In this document: piece by piece, positions 37,138 through 47,263 of the stretch
How the letters are laid out: each line of letters opens with the position of its first letter
How positions within the stretch are numbered: the stretch's first letter is position 1
DNA from: an uncultured SAR86 cluster bacterium
GTDB lineage: Bacteria; Pseudomonadota; Gammaproteobacteria; Magnimaribacterales; D2472
Length of the DNA stretch: 64,000 nucleotides
Reading direction: 5' to 3'
Assembly (NCBI GenBank): GCA_902591665.1
Contig: CACJBO010000003.1
Span: 41,129-105,128, forward strand
The notes under the pieces: generated by a model
The model's database searches: none
What the model was told of the DNA's origin: nothing
Seen by the model: only the letters and a program-made list of their open reading frames with translations
Position numbers and translations under genes: made by a program

Positions 37138-38336
37138 TATCCAAAACTAAATGATGCTTGAACTCTTTCTTTAAATCTTTTTTGATAATCAAATAAGCTT
37201 TTGCTTGGTAAAATAAAGACCGTGTCCTCTTTATTTAATCCGCTGACAATTTCAACATTAGATAAATCAGAAACACCAATTTTTACCCAAGTTAATTTAG
37301 GTCCATTTTTTGATTCTTTTATAACAATAAATCGATTAAAGTTTTCACCATCAAGTGTTTCTTTAAGAAACTCATCTACTTCATCTTTTGATATATTTAA
37401 AATACTAGCTGCGGTATAAATATCTTTTCTAGTTCTTAAAGACATAGTTGGAGTGCTTAGAGTTACTTCTTTGTTAAGCACTTCGATAACAACATCAGTG
37501 TTCATGCCTAATAAAAGCAGATTTTCGTCATTTTCAATATCTATCAAAACTGGAAATGTTGTTACATTTTGTTCAATTTTAGCCTGAGGCTCAATTTTTG
37601 ATACGATACCAAAAAACTCCTTATCTCTATATGCAGCGACCTTAATTGAAACAACTTGACCTATAGAAACCTTCCCAACATCAATTTCATCAACCAGTGC
37701 TCTTACTCTAACTTTAGAAAGGTCTGCCATAGTCATCAAAATAGTTCCACCTCCTACAGCAGATGTTGGTGAAGATATAACTTGCCCAACTTCAACAGGC
37801 CTAGAAATAATTGTTCCTTGAACAGGCGATCTTACAATGGTGTCATCTAGTGAAATTTTTGCATTCTCAAAAGAAACTTCAGTTCTTACTAATGTTGATT
37901 TAGCTTGAGCGAAGCTTTCTTGAATGTCTTCAAAATCCTTATCAGAGATACTGGCATTTGCATGCAATTCTTTACCTCTTTCATATTGAGATTCTGCGTT
38001 TTCTAATCTTACTTTTGCTGCCTCTAGATCTGACTTAGCTTGATCTAAAATATTTTTAGGAGTTCTCTGATCAATCTGTCCTAAGATTGATCCTTTTTCT
38101 ACCAAGTCACCAACTTCAGCACCTAAAAATAATATTTCACCTGATGCTTTAGATTTAATTTCAACAGATGAAATAGCTTCAATAATTCCAGAAGCCTCAA
38201 TAGAGAGTTCTAATTGTTTAGTTGTTACATTTTCTTTTTTATAGAAAGTTGTTGGTTGAACTGGTTCATTATCTGAACCACACGAGATAACAATTACAGT
38301 TAGTATCGGTAAGTAAAATATTTTTTTTAATTTCAT
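37137..38336 (-). CDS. efflux periplasmic adaptor (HlyD/MacA-type membrane fusion lipoprotein)
   Basis: 399 aa. Lipobox ISC, then lipoyl, coiled-coil and beta-barrel blocks (V.A...G.I, I.SPV.G.I). Confidence 0.85.
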   Translation of the reverse strand: MKLKKIFYLPILTVIVISCGSDNEPVQPTTFYKKENVTTKQLELSIEASGIIEAISSVEIKSKASGEILFLGAEVGDLVEKGSILGQIDQRTPKNILDQAKSDLEAAKVRLENAESQYERGKELHANASISDKDFEDIQESFAQAKSTLVRTEVSFENAKISLDDTIVRSPVQGTIISRPVEVGQVISSPTSAVGGGTILMTMADLSKVRVRALVDEIDVGKVSIGQVVSIKVAAYRDKEFFGIVSKIEPQAKIEQNVTTFPVLIDIENDENLLLLGMNTDVVIEVLNKEVTLSTPTMSLRTRKDIYTAASILNISKDEVDEFLKETLDGENFNRFIVIKESKNGPKLTWVKIGVSDLSNVEIVSGLNKEDTVFILPSKSLFDYQKRFKERVQASFSFG

Positions 38337-38345
38337 ATTATCGTT

Positions 38346-39020
38346 TTATATCTTTAAATCTGATTCTATTAATCCATCTTTAATATTTATTATACGCTTA
38401 GATTGTCGGGCTACATCTTCTTCATGGGTAATTAATATTATAGTTTGACCTTGTCTATTTAGCTCTTTAAATAGATTCATAACATCGTCGCCAGTTTTTG
38501 AGTCTAAATTTCCAGTAGGCTCATCTGCAAATAAGATACTAGGTTGATTAACTAAGGCTCTAGCAATAGCGACTCTTTGTTGTTGGCCTCCTGATAACTC
38601 AGATGGCCCATGATTCATTCGATCAGTTAAACCAACCTGATCTAAGACATGCTTAGCCCTTTTTGTTGCTTCATCAATATTTGTCCCAGCATATTTAGTT
38701 GGTAACAATACATTGTCCAATGCAGAGTTTTTTGCCAATAAGTGAAATGATTGAAAAACGAACCCAATTTCTTGATTTCTAATTTTAGCCAACGCATCAT
38801 CATCAAGTTCACTTACAAGTTGGTTATTAAGGTAATAATTACCACTTGTAGGTGTATCAAGGCATCCAATAATATTCATAAGAGTTGTTTTGCCCGAACC
38901 AGAAGGCCCCATGATAGATACGAAATCTTCCTGTTCTACTTTAAGATTTATACCTTTTAATGCTTCAACTTTTTGCTGGCCGAGTTGAAATACTTTTTTA
39001 ATATTCGATACTTCTATCAT
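38346..39020 (-). CDS. ABC transporter ATP-binding protein (MacB/LolD-type)
   Basis: Walker A GPSGSGKTT, signature LSGGQQQR, Walker B ILFADEPTGNLD. Confidence 0.9.
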   Translation of the reverse strand: MIEVSNIKKVFQLGQQKVEALKGINLKVEQEDFVSIMGPSGSGKTTLMNIIGCLDTPTSGNYYLNNQLVSELDDDALAKIRNQEIGFVFQSFHLLAKNSALDNVLLPTKYAGTNIDEATKRAKHVLDQVGLTDRMNHGPSELSGGQQQRVAIARALVNQPSILFADEPTGNLDSKTGDDVMNLFKELNRQGQTIILITHEEDVARQSKRIINIKDGLIESDLKI

Positions 39021-39068
39021 GATTTATTTTGACACGTATTTACGTTAAAAGTTCATTAAATTAAAGGT

Positions 39069-40274
39069 TTATCCTTTAAGGGCCTGAAGATATTCAAGCC
39101 ATGCAACACCAGAATCCGCATATTTTTCGCTCTTGCTTGCATTAGTAAATGACTCTTGAGCATCTTGAATTTTGTTAAGTTCAAAATATGCGATACCTTG
39201 CATGAGCTGATATTTTCCATTATCTGTGATATTTAATCTTTTAACTCTTTCAATGCCAGAAATTACCTCATTCCACTTAAAAGCACTAAAAGCAATATCC
39301 ACATATTGTTTTGCAAGTTTAATATCATTCGGTGAATCAATTAAAGAGTTTTTTAGGACATCGAGAGATCTTGATCTTTCTTTCGCATATAACCATGAAT
39401 CAGCAAGAAGCTTTGCATTAGCAGTAGTAAATAAAATATTTTCATTGGCTATAGCTTTTTCAAGGACGTTTGCTGACATCACTGGATTTTGTTTGTATAA
39501 ATAAAAACTAGCAAGATTTGTAAACTCTTCAGGCTTCTCTAGCATTCCTTTCATATAACTAACTTCCATAGTTGCAAGAGAAAGATCATACTTTTCTAGA
39601 ATATTGTAGATGGCTGAAAGCTGTATGTAATATCTTTTTTTATCGGGTTTATTGAAAAGTAATGCTTTAGCAGAACCTTCAGCAGCAATAAAATCTTCTT
39701 TATTATATTCAATAGCAAATTTTAACTGATACCAATCCTCCTTAAACGAAGTAGATAATTCAATTGCAATGTTTATATATTTATAAGCTGTATCAAAATC
39801 TTTATCAGTTGCATAAATTAATGCAGTTAATGCATATACAGTATTCATTCCTGGAACAGGTTTTGGGCTTTTTTCTGCTATTGCAATAAAATTTAATAGC
39901 AGCTCTTTTGCTTTTTCAGTTTTGCCTTGTGTTGCATAAAGCTGAGATAAAGCCTGAACAAGCGATGTAGATTCTGCAAGCGGAAGCGCTTTCTCATCAT
40001 ATGAAACTTGTAGCTTTTCTATAGCTTCATCAAATCTTTCTTGTTGATAGAGAAAGAAGCCATAGGTTCTAGCAATTACAGCCTTGTCATAAGATCTTGA
40101 GCGCCAATTTTTTTTATACCAATATTTTAATATTTTTTCTGCTTCATCAAATTTCTTTTCTTCAATTTTGGTATCTACTCTTGTAAGTTCCCAATATACT
40201 GTCTCATTCAATACATCCTCTGAGTAAAGTGATCCAGAAACAATTAATATAAATAATAAATTTTTTAACTTCAT
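39069..40274 (-). CDS. TPR-repeat protein of the TonB2-type cluster (TtpD-like position)
   Basis: 401 aa. A signal peptide is followed by repeated TPR-like helical pairs. It sits immediately downstream of tonB. Confidence 0.65.
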   Translation of the reverse strand: MKLKNLLFILIVSGSLYSEDVLNETVYWELTRVDTKIEEKKFDEAEKILKYWYKKNWRSRSYDKAVIARTYGFFLYQQERFDEAIEKLQVSYDEKALPLAESTSLVQALSQLYATQGKTEKAKELLLNFIAIAEKSPKPVPGMNTVYALTALIYATDKDFDTAYKYINIAIELSTSFKEDWYQLKFAIEYNKEDFIAAEGSAKALLFNKPDKKRYYIQLSAIYNILEKYDLSLATMEVSYMKGMLEKPEEFTNLASFYLYKQNPVMSANVLEKAIANENILFTTANAKLLADSWLYAKERSRSLDVLKNSLIDSPNDIKLAKQYVDIAFSAFKWNEVISGIERVKRLNITDNGKYQLMQGIAYFELNKIQDAQESFTNASKSEKYADSGVAWLEYLQALKG

Positions 40275-40275
40275 A

Positions 40276-40887
40276 CTAAAATATTTTAAATTCTATAACC
40301 TGTGTCCCATCTTGAGTCACAGCAACACCATTTATGACTTTAGGCTTAAATTTCCATTTTTTAATAGCTCTTAAAGCAGCTGTATCAAAAACTCTAGGAG
40401 GCTTTGATTCAACAATTTTAGGCGATGAAACAGATCCATCTGTCTCAACTGTAAACTTTACTTTAACCCAACCTTCGACACCAGCCAAAAGCTCATTCCT
40501 CGGATATTGTGGGTTGATCCTGACAAGAGGAATAACTTGAGAATTTCCTCCTTGGTTTTGAGGCCCTAAAAAAGCACCTTTAAAATCAGTTGGTACTGAA
40601 ATATCAGGAAACTCGATATTTAAATTTGGTGCTTGAGGTGGTGCCTGAAGTTCAGGCGTGATTAAGTCTGGTGGTGGTGGTTTTTTAGGTGGCTCCGGTT
40701 TATCTGGAATAGTTCTGGATTTCTCTTTTAAGGATGTATCTTTCTTTAATCTTATAAAATCAACAACTCTAAAAGAGTTCTCAGTTTTTAAACTATCTGA
40801 ACTAGGCTTAACGATATAAGCTAAAAGCATAAAAAAAGATATTGCTACAAAGAGACCTATTATGTGTCCAGAATAATTTTTAATCAT
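40276..40887 (-). CDS. tonB: TonB energy transducer
   Basis: 203 aa. N-terminal TM, Pro-rich spacer (PDKPEPPKKPPPPD), and C-terminal TonB domain (YP..A...G.EG.V.V.F.V...G.V). Confidence 0.85.
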   Translation of the reverse strand: MIKNYSGHIIGLFVAISFFMLLAYIVKPSSDSLKTENSFRVVDFIRLKKDTSLKEKSRTIPDKPEPPKKPPPPDLITPELQAPPQAPNLNIEFPDISVPTDFKGAFLGPQNQGGNSQVIPLVRINPQYPRNELLAGVEGWVKVKFTVETDGSVSSPKIVESKPPRVFDTAALRAIKKWKFKPKVINGVAVTQDGTQVIEFKIF

Positions 40888-41281
40888 TTTCAGCAGCGAT
40901 GGAAATCTCTAGAACTCCTGCAAGCCTGATTTGGTCCATAGCCTCCACCAATAAACCAGTTTGTGATGCTTTATCTGCTTGTATTATTACTGAACCTTCA
41001 GGATTTTCTGCTTTAAGCCTTATTATGTTAGGTCTTATGGCGCGCAGTTCTACTTTTCTTCTATCAATAAAAATTTCATTATTTTCTGAAATAGCAACTA
41101 AGATATTTCCCTTCTCATTTCTTTCAGCAGTTTGTGCACTTGGCCTATTAACTTCAATACCTGATTCTTTTACAAAAGATGTAGTAACAATAAAAAATAT
41201 CAGCATTATAAAAACAATATCAAGCATAGGAGTTAGATCTAAACCTGTTTCTTCTTGGGATATCTTCTTTCTTCTTCTCAT
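40880..41281 (-). CDS. exbD: ExbD/TolR biopolymer transport protein
   Basis: 133 aa. LDLTPMLDIVFIMLIFF TM with the conserved Asp. Confidence 0.9.
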   Translation of the reverse strand: MRRRKKISQEETGLDLTPMLDIVFIMLIFFIVTTSFVKESGIEVNRPSAQTAERNEKGNILVAISENNEIFIDRRKVELRAIRPNIIRLKAENPEGSVIIQADKASQTGLLVEAMDQIRLAGVLEISIAAEND

Positions 41282-41766
41282 AACTCAGAAATTATTGATT
41301 GTGATTTACTATTCAAAATAGTAAATGTTAATAAGCCAACAATACTAATTGCCATTCCAGTCATTGTTGGTAAGGTTGCCTTTGTTATACCTGATGCAAG
41401 TGCTCTAGCATTACCAGTTCCAAAAAAAGAAACTACATCAAAAACCTCTATCATGCCAGTTACAGTGCCTAGCAGTCCTAACACAGGACAAAGAGCTATC
41501 AATGTTTGGATAATATAAAAATCTTTATTTACAACCTCTTTAAAATCACATTTAAGAGAAGAAAGATTTAATAAGTAATATTCATCGTTTTTAATATTAG
41601 CTAAGTTTGTTTTGTACTCATTTTGGATTAACTCCATATCAAAAAATAGGTGTTTAAATTTAGCAAAAATTAATACAAACAAGTAAATACTTATAAGAAA
41701 TAAGATAAAGACTACAGGCCCTCCCTGATATAAGAAATTAGAATAAACCTTAAAAATATCAGTCAT
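41278..41766 (-). CDS. exbB: MotA/TolQ/ExbB proton-channel protein (short)
   Basis: 162 aa. PVLGLLGTVTGMI..F signature. Confidence 0.85.
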   Translation of the reverse strand: MTDIFKVYSNFLYQGGPVVFILFLISIYLFVLIFAKFKHLFFDMELIQNEYKTNLANIKNDEYYLLNLSSLKCDFKEVVNKDFYIIQTLIALCPVLGLLGTVTGMIEVFDVVSFFGTGNARALASGITKATLPTMTGMAISIVGLLTFTILNSKSQSIISEL

Positions 41767-43115
41767 TAGTTTTTAATTTTATTTGCAACTATTCCAGAAG
41801 CTTTTTCTTCAAGGAATGAAATTATGGTTTTCGAGTAATTTTCTGCATATGAGTGCATAAATAAAAGAGGTGCCGCCACAATCAAGCCTAACATTGTTGT
41901 AACAAGCGCTTGAGATATTCCACCAGCCATTAATTTTGGATCACCAGTACCAAATAAGGTAATGGCTTGGAAGGTTTCAATCATACCGATAACAGTACCT
42001 AACAATCCCAACAAAGGAGCTACGGTAGCAATAAGTTTTATAGCTTTTACTCTTATCTCAATAGTTGGTGTAATAGATTGTATTTTTTCATCTAAAATTA
42101 ATTCAAGAGAATCGAGAGATTCATTGATGTTTTCATTAGCGGTTTGGATGAGCATTCCTAACAAATTCTCTGAATCGACCGTTTTAGAACCCTCTTGTTC
42201 TCTAATGTCTGTAAGAACATTTCTTAAAACATAGATTCTTTCAGAAGCTAAAGCTACACCACCAAGACCTAGAAGGATGATTACATAACCAACTAACCCA
42301 CCATCAGCAATTCTTTGAAAAAATGTTTTCTTTTGAATTAATTTATCAAGAATAGCACCTCTTGTTGGGTCTAAATCAACTGTAAAGACACCCTCTGCAT
42401 CATTTTGCAGATTTCTTAGTTTTCTTTTACTAACACCATCAGGTTGTGATGGCAAAAATTCAACCTGATTTGTATCAATCAAATGCTTTAAAAACTTACC
42501 TTCATGAAGAATTTGAAAAGTACCAATTCTTAGAATCTCAAGCTCATTATTATTTCCATCTGCAGTAAGCACATTTGTAGTAAATACTTTTATAGTTTCT
42601 GCATTTCTAATTTCTTTTACTAACTCAACCCACAAAGCAGAAATATCTGATAAATCAGGTAATTTCTTTGATTCAGCTAAATTTTTAAGAAAAGAATCTC
42701 TATCAGGATTATCTATATTTGTAATAGAGTTCTTGAATTCACCACGAGTCTGTCCAGAAACTTGTTTAACAACACCAAACATTTCTCCTAGGTTACCGAG
42801 TTTTAAAGTTAATTTTTCTTCAAGCTCTGCAAGGGTTTTTTCATTATTATCAAATTGATCAATAAGTCTTGCTGATAAATCTTCTGCTGCTTTTAAATCA
42901 GATTTTAATTTTTTATTGATTCTTTTTAGGTCGTTAAGCTGCTTCTCTTTAGAGTTAGCTCTACTAAAATCAAATCTTTTTTCAATATCGACTTTTGCTT
43001 GAATATCGATAATTAATCTTTCTAATTCTGATGGTTGGGCAACAACCTCTTCTTGAGCATTAACAATAATGGAGGAAAGAAAAAAGAAGTTTATAAATAA
43101 TATTCTTTTAATCAT
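41766..43115 (-). CDS. MotA/TolQ/ExbB family protein, long form with coiled-coil periplasmic N-domain (TtpC-like)
   Basis: 449 aa. C-terminal APLLGLLGTVIGMI..F channel motif, and an N-terminal secreted domain of about 250 aa. Confidence 0.8.
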   Translation of the reverse strand: MIKRILFINFFFLSSIIVNAQEEVVAQPSELERLIIDIQAKVDIEKRFDFSRANSKEKQLNDLKRINKKLKSDLKAAEDLSARLIDQFDNNEKTLAELEEKLTLKLGNLGEMFGVVKQVSGQTRGEFKNSITNIDNPDRDSFLKNLAESKKLPDLSDISALWVELVKEIRNAETIKVFTTNVLTADGNNNELEILRIGTFQILHEGKFLKHLIDTNQVEFLPSQPDGVSKRKLRNLQNDAEGVFTVDLDPTRGAILDKLIQKKTFFQRIADGGLVGYVIILLGLGGVALASERIYVLRNVLTDIREQEGSKTVDSENLLGMLIQTANENINESLDSLELILDEKIQSITPTIEIRVKAIKLIATVAPLLGLLGTVIGMIETFQAITLFGTGDPKLMAGGISQALVTTMLGLIVAAPLLFMHSYAENYSKTIISFLEEKASGIVANKIKN

Positions 43116-43888
43116 TATATTTTCTCCACTGGCAATTTAAGAAGTGATGGTGGTAACTCTTTACGAGCAATTTTTAATGCAATAACAAGTTCGCTATCAA
43201 TACCCTTCTGCTTAACCCATTTATTTTCTTTTTTACTATACATGGCGTTGTATTTTCCATCTGAGGTTCTAGCATACAGACCAACCCTTCCTAGTCTAAA
43301 AATTTCTACATTATATTGAGAGCCATCTACTGTTATCTCATCCCTGTATGACTCTATAGTTCTTCCATATTCATTTTCTATTTGGTAAGCCTCAAAGACT
43401 CTTCTAAACTTCTCAGAAGTTGAAACATTTGATTGCAAAAGGATATCTTTTAAATTTGCGATCCTGTCATTTCTCTCATCTAGTAAAAAAGGAATATCAT
43501 TTTGAACAATAGATTCAAGAGTCAAAATCATTTCTTCTAATTTAGGTAAGATACCTCTATTGGTATTATCGAGTTCAACCATTTGTTCATTAATCGACTG
43601 TATTTCTTGATTTTGAGAATTAATTAAATCCTGCATCTGTCTGTTATAGATATTTGTTAAATCAAGTTGTTGAGATAAAAACTGAATATCTCCAATTAGA
43701 GTGATTATTTGTGAATCAATATTGTCTATATACGACTGTCTATCAGCTGCTGCGTTTGCTGAGGAAGCTTCAATAGATATAGCCTCTTCTAGTAAGGCAC
43801 TATCGTCAGGTTCATTTGATTCTTGAGAGAATAAAAACCCTGTATTTGTTAGAATTATTGAAAATATAAAAGTCCTTAAAGAATTCAT
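43115..43888 (-). CDS. DUF3450 family periplasmic coiled-coil protein (TtpB-like position)
   Basis: 257 aa. Signal peptide and long coiled coil. It is the first gene of the TonB2-type operon. Confidence 0.65.
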   Translation of the reverse strand: MNSLRTFIFSIILTNTGFLFSQESNEPDDSALLEEAISIEASSANAAADRQSYIDNIDSQIITLIGDIQFLSQQLDLTNIYNRQMQDLINSQNQEIQSINEQMVELDNTNRGILPKLEEMILTLESIVQNDIPFLLDERNDRIANLKDILLQSNVSTSEKFRRVFEAYQIENEYGRTIESYRDEITVDGSQYNVEIFRLGRVGLYARTSDGKYNAMYSKKENKWVKQKGIDSELVIALKIARKELPPSLLKLPVEKI

Positions 43889-43961
43889 AAAGAAGCCCCA
43901 AATTTTTGATTTTTTGATTATATGCCTTTTTTAATTATATATAAATTATATACTTTTTATG

Positions 43962-43989
43962 CAAAAAAAATCCCCTCTATTGAGGGGAT
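43962..43989 (-). terminator. rho-independent terminator after the TonB-dependent receptor gene
   Basis: The minus strand reads AUCCCCUC-AAUA-GAGGGGAU followed by U8. Confidence 0.7.
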
Positions 43990-44010
43990 TTTTAATTCAT
44001 TACTCCCTGA

Positions 44011-47000
44011 TTAGAAGGTATATCTATATGTTAAGAATACCTCTCTACCTACTGCTGAGTAGTAGTAGCTTGAGAACCATGGGAAGCCTAAGTCAGTATT
44101 ATGCTTAGGTATATCATCAAACAAGTTTGAAACTGATACGCCAACATAATGTCCATCATCAATGTCATATCTGACAAATGCTCCAACATCAAAGTATGGA
44201 TCAATTTTATTAGCACTATTTCCATTTGGTGCCCATGAACTGTAATATTTCATAGAACCAATTCTAGATGTGCTAATACCTGCAGCCCAATCAGACTTTG
44301 TCCAACTAAATGACAGATAACTTCTTGATCTTAATCTTCTTTCTTGATTCATGATTGTAACAAAAGGGTCTCCTTCAACATCTTTTCTTCTTTCATCATC
44401 AACATATGCGATGTTTAATGATAAGAAGAAATCACCCATTTCATCAGTTATAAATCTTGAAGACATACCAAAGTCAGCACCTCTGTAGTATCTTCCAGCA
44501 CCGTTTATGAAACCGTATTTAACAGTATCAATAGCTCCTTCTGGAGGTGTTATAGCTGGTGCAGCTCCACCACCTTGTGGTGTCCATGTTGCTCCACGAA
44601 CAACACTTGCATAGATATCTGCACAATAACCAGAAGAATAGTTATAACCATCTGTTGTTATACCATCTTCTTGAGCTCTACAAATCATTTCATCTACAAG
44701 AACCTGGGTAACTGACGTAACAGTAACGATATTGTCAAGCTCTAACTCAACAAAGTCTAATGTCATATCTAATCTAACTTTTGATGTGTTAATAACATCA
44801 AGAACAAAACCTAAGCTATATTGCTCACCGGATTCAGCTCTTAAATTTAAGTTACCTGATGAGCTTAGATTTGCATTCAGCTGAGTATAACCACCAGATA
44901 AACAATCTGCGCCATCAATATCAACAACACCAGTATTTACATATCTTCCATAATAATCACAAGGTGTTCCAAAGCTTCCTGACTCACCTTTATAAATATA
45001 TGGCAAACTAGGTGCGGCAAATGATTCACCCCAGCCACCTCTTACAAGAAGATTGTCTGTAGGCTTCCATGTGAATGTAACCTGATCAGTTGTTCTATCA
45101 CCAATCTGAGTTGATTTTTCATCATAACTATCAGACCTTCTAGCTAGATATAGATCTAAATTAGACGCAAGTGGTATAGATGTTTCAACAGCGTATGAAG
45201 TTCTTGTTCTCTCACCACCACCTTTAGTGGTTGAACGACCCCAGACATTGTCAGCATCATATTGTGGACCTGGATCAATCAAGTAATCAGTTGTTGTATC
45301 TTCAGCATGGAATGCAAATCCAACTGGACCTGCAGGTAATGTGAATAACTCACCACTTGTAGTAAATTGAATGGTTTCAGAACTAGACTCACCATCAATA
45401 TAAATATATTGCCATAGTCCGTATGATTCAGCTGTTTCAAAAGAACCCCAGAATGTATCAGGGTTAAACACACCATAACCATATGGGCCATCAGCACATA
45501 AAAATGCAGATGATGAACTAGCGACACCACCACAAGACCATCTTTCTAGACTGTCTTTGAGGACGTCCATTCCGCCTCTTCTATAATTATATTCATCTTT
45601 AACGTATGCAAGTTCCCAATCCCATATTGCGTCTTGGAATTCAAAAGTGCTTGAAGCAGAAAGAGTGTATGAAAGCGTGTCTTCCTCAAAATCACCTTGC
45701 CAGTTTTTCTCAGCAAAGAATCTTTGTCCAGATAAATATGCTCCGCCAAATCTGAACATAGCAGGATGAACACTTCTATTACCAATTCCTGGGCCTGGGT
45801 TACCAGCACCATCAGCTATAACAACACCATCATTGCCTATAACAGCAGGTGCGTAATATGATTGCTGAACGAAATAAGGGTAATAAACATTATTTGCTTC
45901 TGTTTCCCAATAGTGAACATCAGCATTAATTTCAATACCATTTTCTAAAGTTGTTGTACCAGCAACATATATAGAGCCATTATCAAAACCATTTCTTACA
46001 GTTCTATATTTAGAGTTATCGATATTACAATATTTAAAGTTATCTGAGTAAGAGGTGTTTCTGGCATTCCAGACTGTTCCATCTGGGCCTATATAGTCTT
46101 CAGAACCCCAACCATAATTAGACATTTTGTCTGATATTAAATTGATATCTTCACAAGTATTTAAAGATCCAGACTCTTCAGGTAGGAATGCATAACCACC
46201 ATAACCTCTAGCACCTAAATAACCAGCCCATGAACCATAATGGTAATAACCAACAGGCTCATCGAATCTATCATTATATTGTGGTCTGTCTGTTCCGTTT
46301 AGGGGATTAACTGAATTAAATTCAAGACCATATACCATACTTCCGTTATCAAAGTACTCACCGCCACTTATTTCGATAGAAACAGACTCACCTGAATCTC
46401 TTCCTGTTAAAGGGTGGTGGACACCGGCTCTAAATTGAACTGATGTGTCTTCCATGCCATCTACAAGAATTACGTTAACAACACCAGCAACAGCGTCAGC
46501 ACCATAAATAGCAGATGCACCAGCTGTTAAAATTTCAATTCTTTCAACAATACCTATTGGAATTCTATTCCAGTTAAATGAAGCATCTCCATCACCAGAA
46601 GGATAAGGGTAATTAGCTCTTCTCTTTCCATTAACAAGAACAAGAGTTCTTCCAGGCCCAAAGTCACGAAGGTTTAATTGGTTAGAAGCACTACTATTAC
46701 CTCCACCACCAAGACCATCCATAACTGTTTGACCAGTATTTTGTGCTATTGAAGCAACAGCTTCATAAACTGATAAGAATCCACCCTGATCAATATCATC
46801 ACTTGTAATAACAACAAGCGGTTGTGGACCTTCGATATCGGTTCTCTTAATTCTTGAACCAGTAACACTCACTTTAGTAAGTTCGACTGTGTCTGAATCA
46901 GATACACTTGAGCTTACAGGAGTAGAAGCAGTAGCTTCTTGAACTGTTTCTTCTTGCTGAGCTTCTACAACTTCAGCAACAGGAGCAACCTCTTCTTCTC

Positions 47001-47076
47001 CTGGATTATCAGCATTTACGTTTGTAGTCATTAAAAGACCGAACGCAAGTGCATAAAAAATATTTTTATTTAACAT
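44011..47076 (-). CDS. TonB-dependent outer-membrane receptor
   Basis: 1021 aa. Signal peptide, acidic/low-complexity linker, plug domain (VTGSRI.R.D...P.PL.VI, N.R.FG..RTLVL.NG+R), and C-terminal ...FLTYRYTF. Confidence 0.9.
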   Translation of the reverse strand: MLNKNIFYALAFGLLMTTNVNADNPGEEEVAPVAEVVEAQQEETVQEATASTPVSSSVSDSDTVELTKVSVTGSRIKRTDIEGPQPLVVITSDDIDQGGFLSVYEAVASIAQNTGQTVMDGLGGGGNSSASNQLNLRDFGPGRTLVLVNGKRRANYPYPSGDGDASFNWNRIPIGIVERIEILTAGASAIYGADAVAGVVNVILVDGMEDTSVQFRAGVHHPLTGRDSGESVSIEISGGEYFDNGSMVYGLEFNSVNPLNGTDRPQYNDRFDEPVGYYHYGSWAGYLGARGYGGYAFLPEESGSLNTCEDINLISDKMSNYGWGSEDYIGPDGTVWNARNTSYSDNFKYCNIDNSKYRTVRNGFDNGSIYVAGTTTLENGIEINADVHYWETEANNVYYPYFVQQSYYAPAVIGNDGVVIADGAGNPGPGIGNRSVHPAMFRFGGAYLSGQRFFAEKNWQGDFEEDTLSYTLSASSTFEFQDAIWDWELAYVKDEYNYRRGGMDVLKDSLERWSCGGVASSSSAFLCADGPYGYGVFNPDTFWGSFETAESYGLWQYIYIDGESSSETIQFTTSGELFTLPAGPVGFAFHAEDTTTDYLIDPGPQYDADNVWGRSTTKGGGERTRTSYAVETSIPLASNLDLYLARRSDSYDEKSTQIGDRTTDQVTFTWKPTDNLLVRGGWGESFAAPSLPYIYKGESGSFGTPCDYYGRYVNTGVVDIDGADCLSGGYTQLNANLSSSGNLNLRAESGEQYSLGFVLDVINTSKVRLDMTLDFVELELDNIVTVTSVTQVLVDEMICRAQEDGITTDGYNYSSGYCADIYASVVRGATWTPQGGGAAPAITPPEGAIDTVKYGFINGAGRYYRGADFGMSSRFITDEMGDFFLSLNIAYVDDERRKDVEGDPFVTIMNQERRLRSRSYLSFSWTKSDWAAGISTSRIGSMKYYSSWAPNGNSANKIDPYFDVGAFVRYDIDDGHYVGVSVSNLFDDIPKHNTDLGFPWFSSYYYSAVGREVFLTYRYTF

Positions 47077-47263
47077 AACATTTCCCCTTGTATGTTTACA
47101 AAATGGTTATTAACACCTTATTATTCAATAATAATTTATATTGTGCAAACCTTTTTATACTTTGTTTACAGTATTTAGTACATTTTATTAATGTAAAGCA
47201 TACTTGACATAAATGACTCAAAACTGTTAAATATGTCTTAATAATATTTATATAGGAAAAACT

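Noticed and set aside
47117-47135. Fur-box-like palindrome CTTATTATT-C-AATAATAAT, 41-59 nt upstream of the TonB-dependent receptor start.
   Set aside because: The 9-1-9 symmetry is real, but the sequence lacks the GATAAT/ATTATC ends of the Fur consensus. AT-only palindromes are expected frequently in this genome, and nothing else ties this receptor to iron. It is not reported as a feature.
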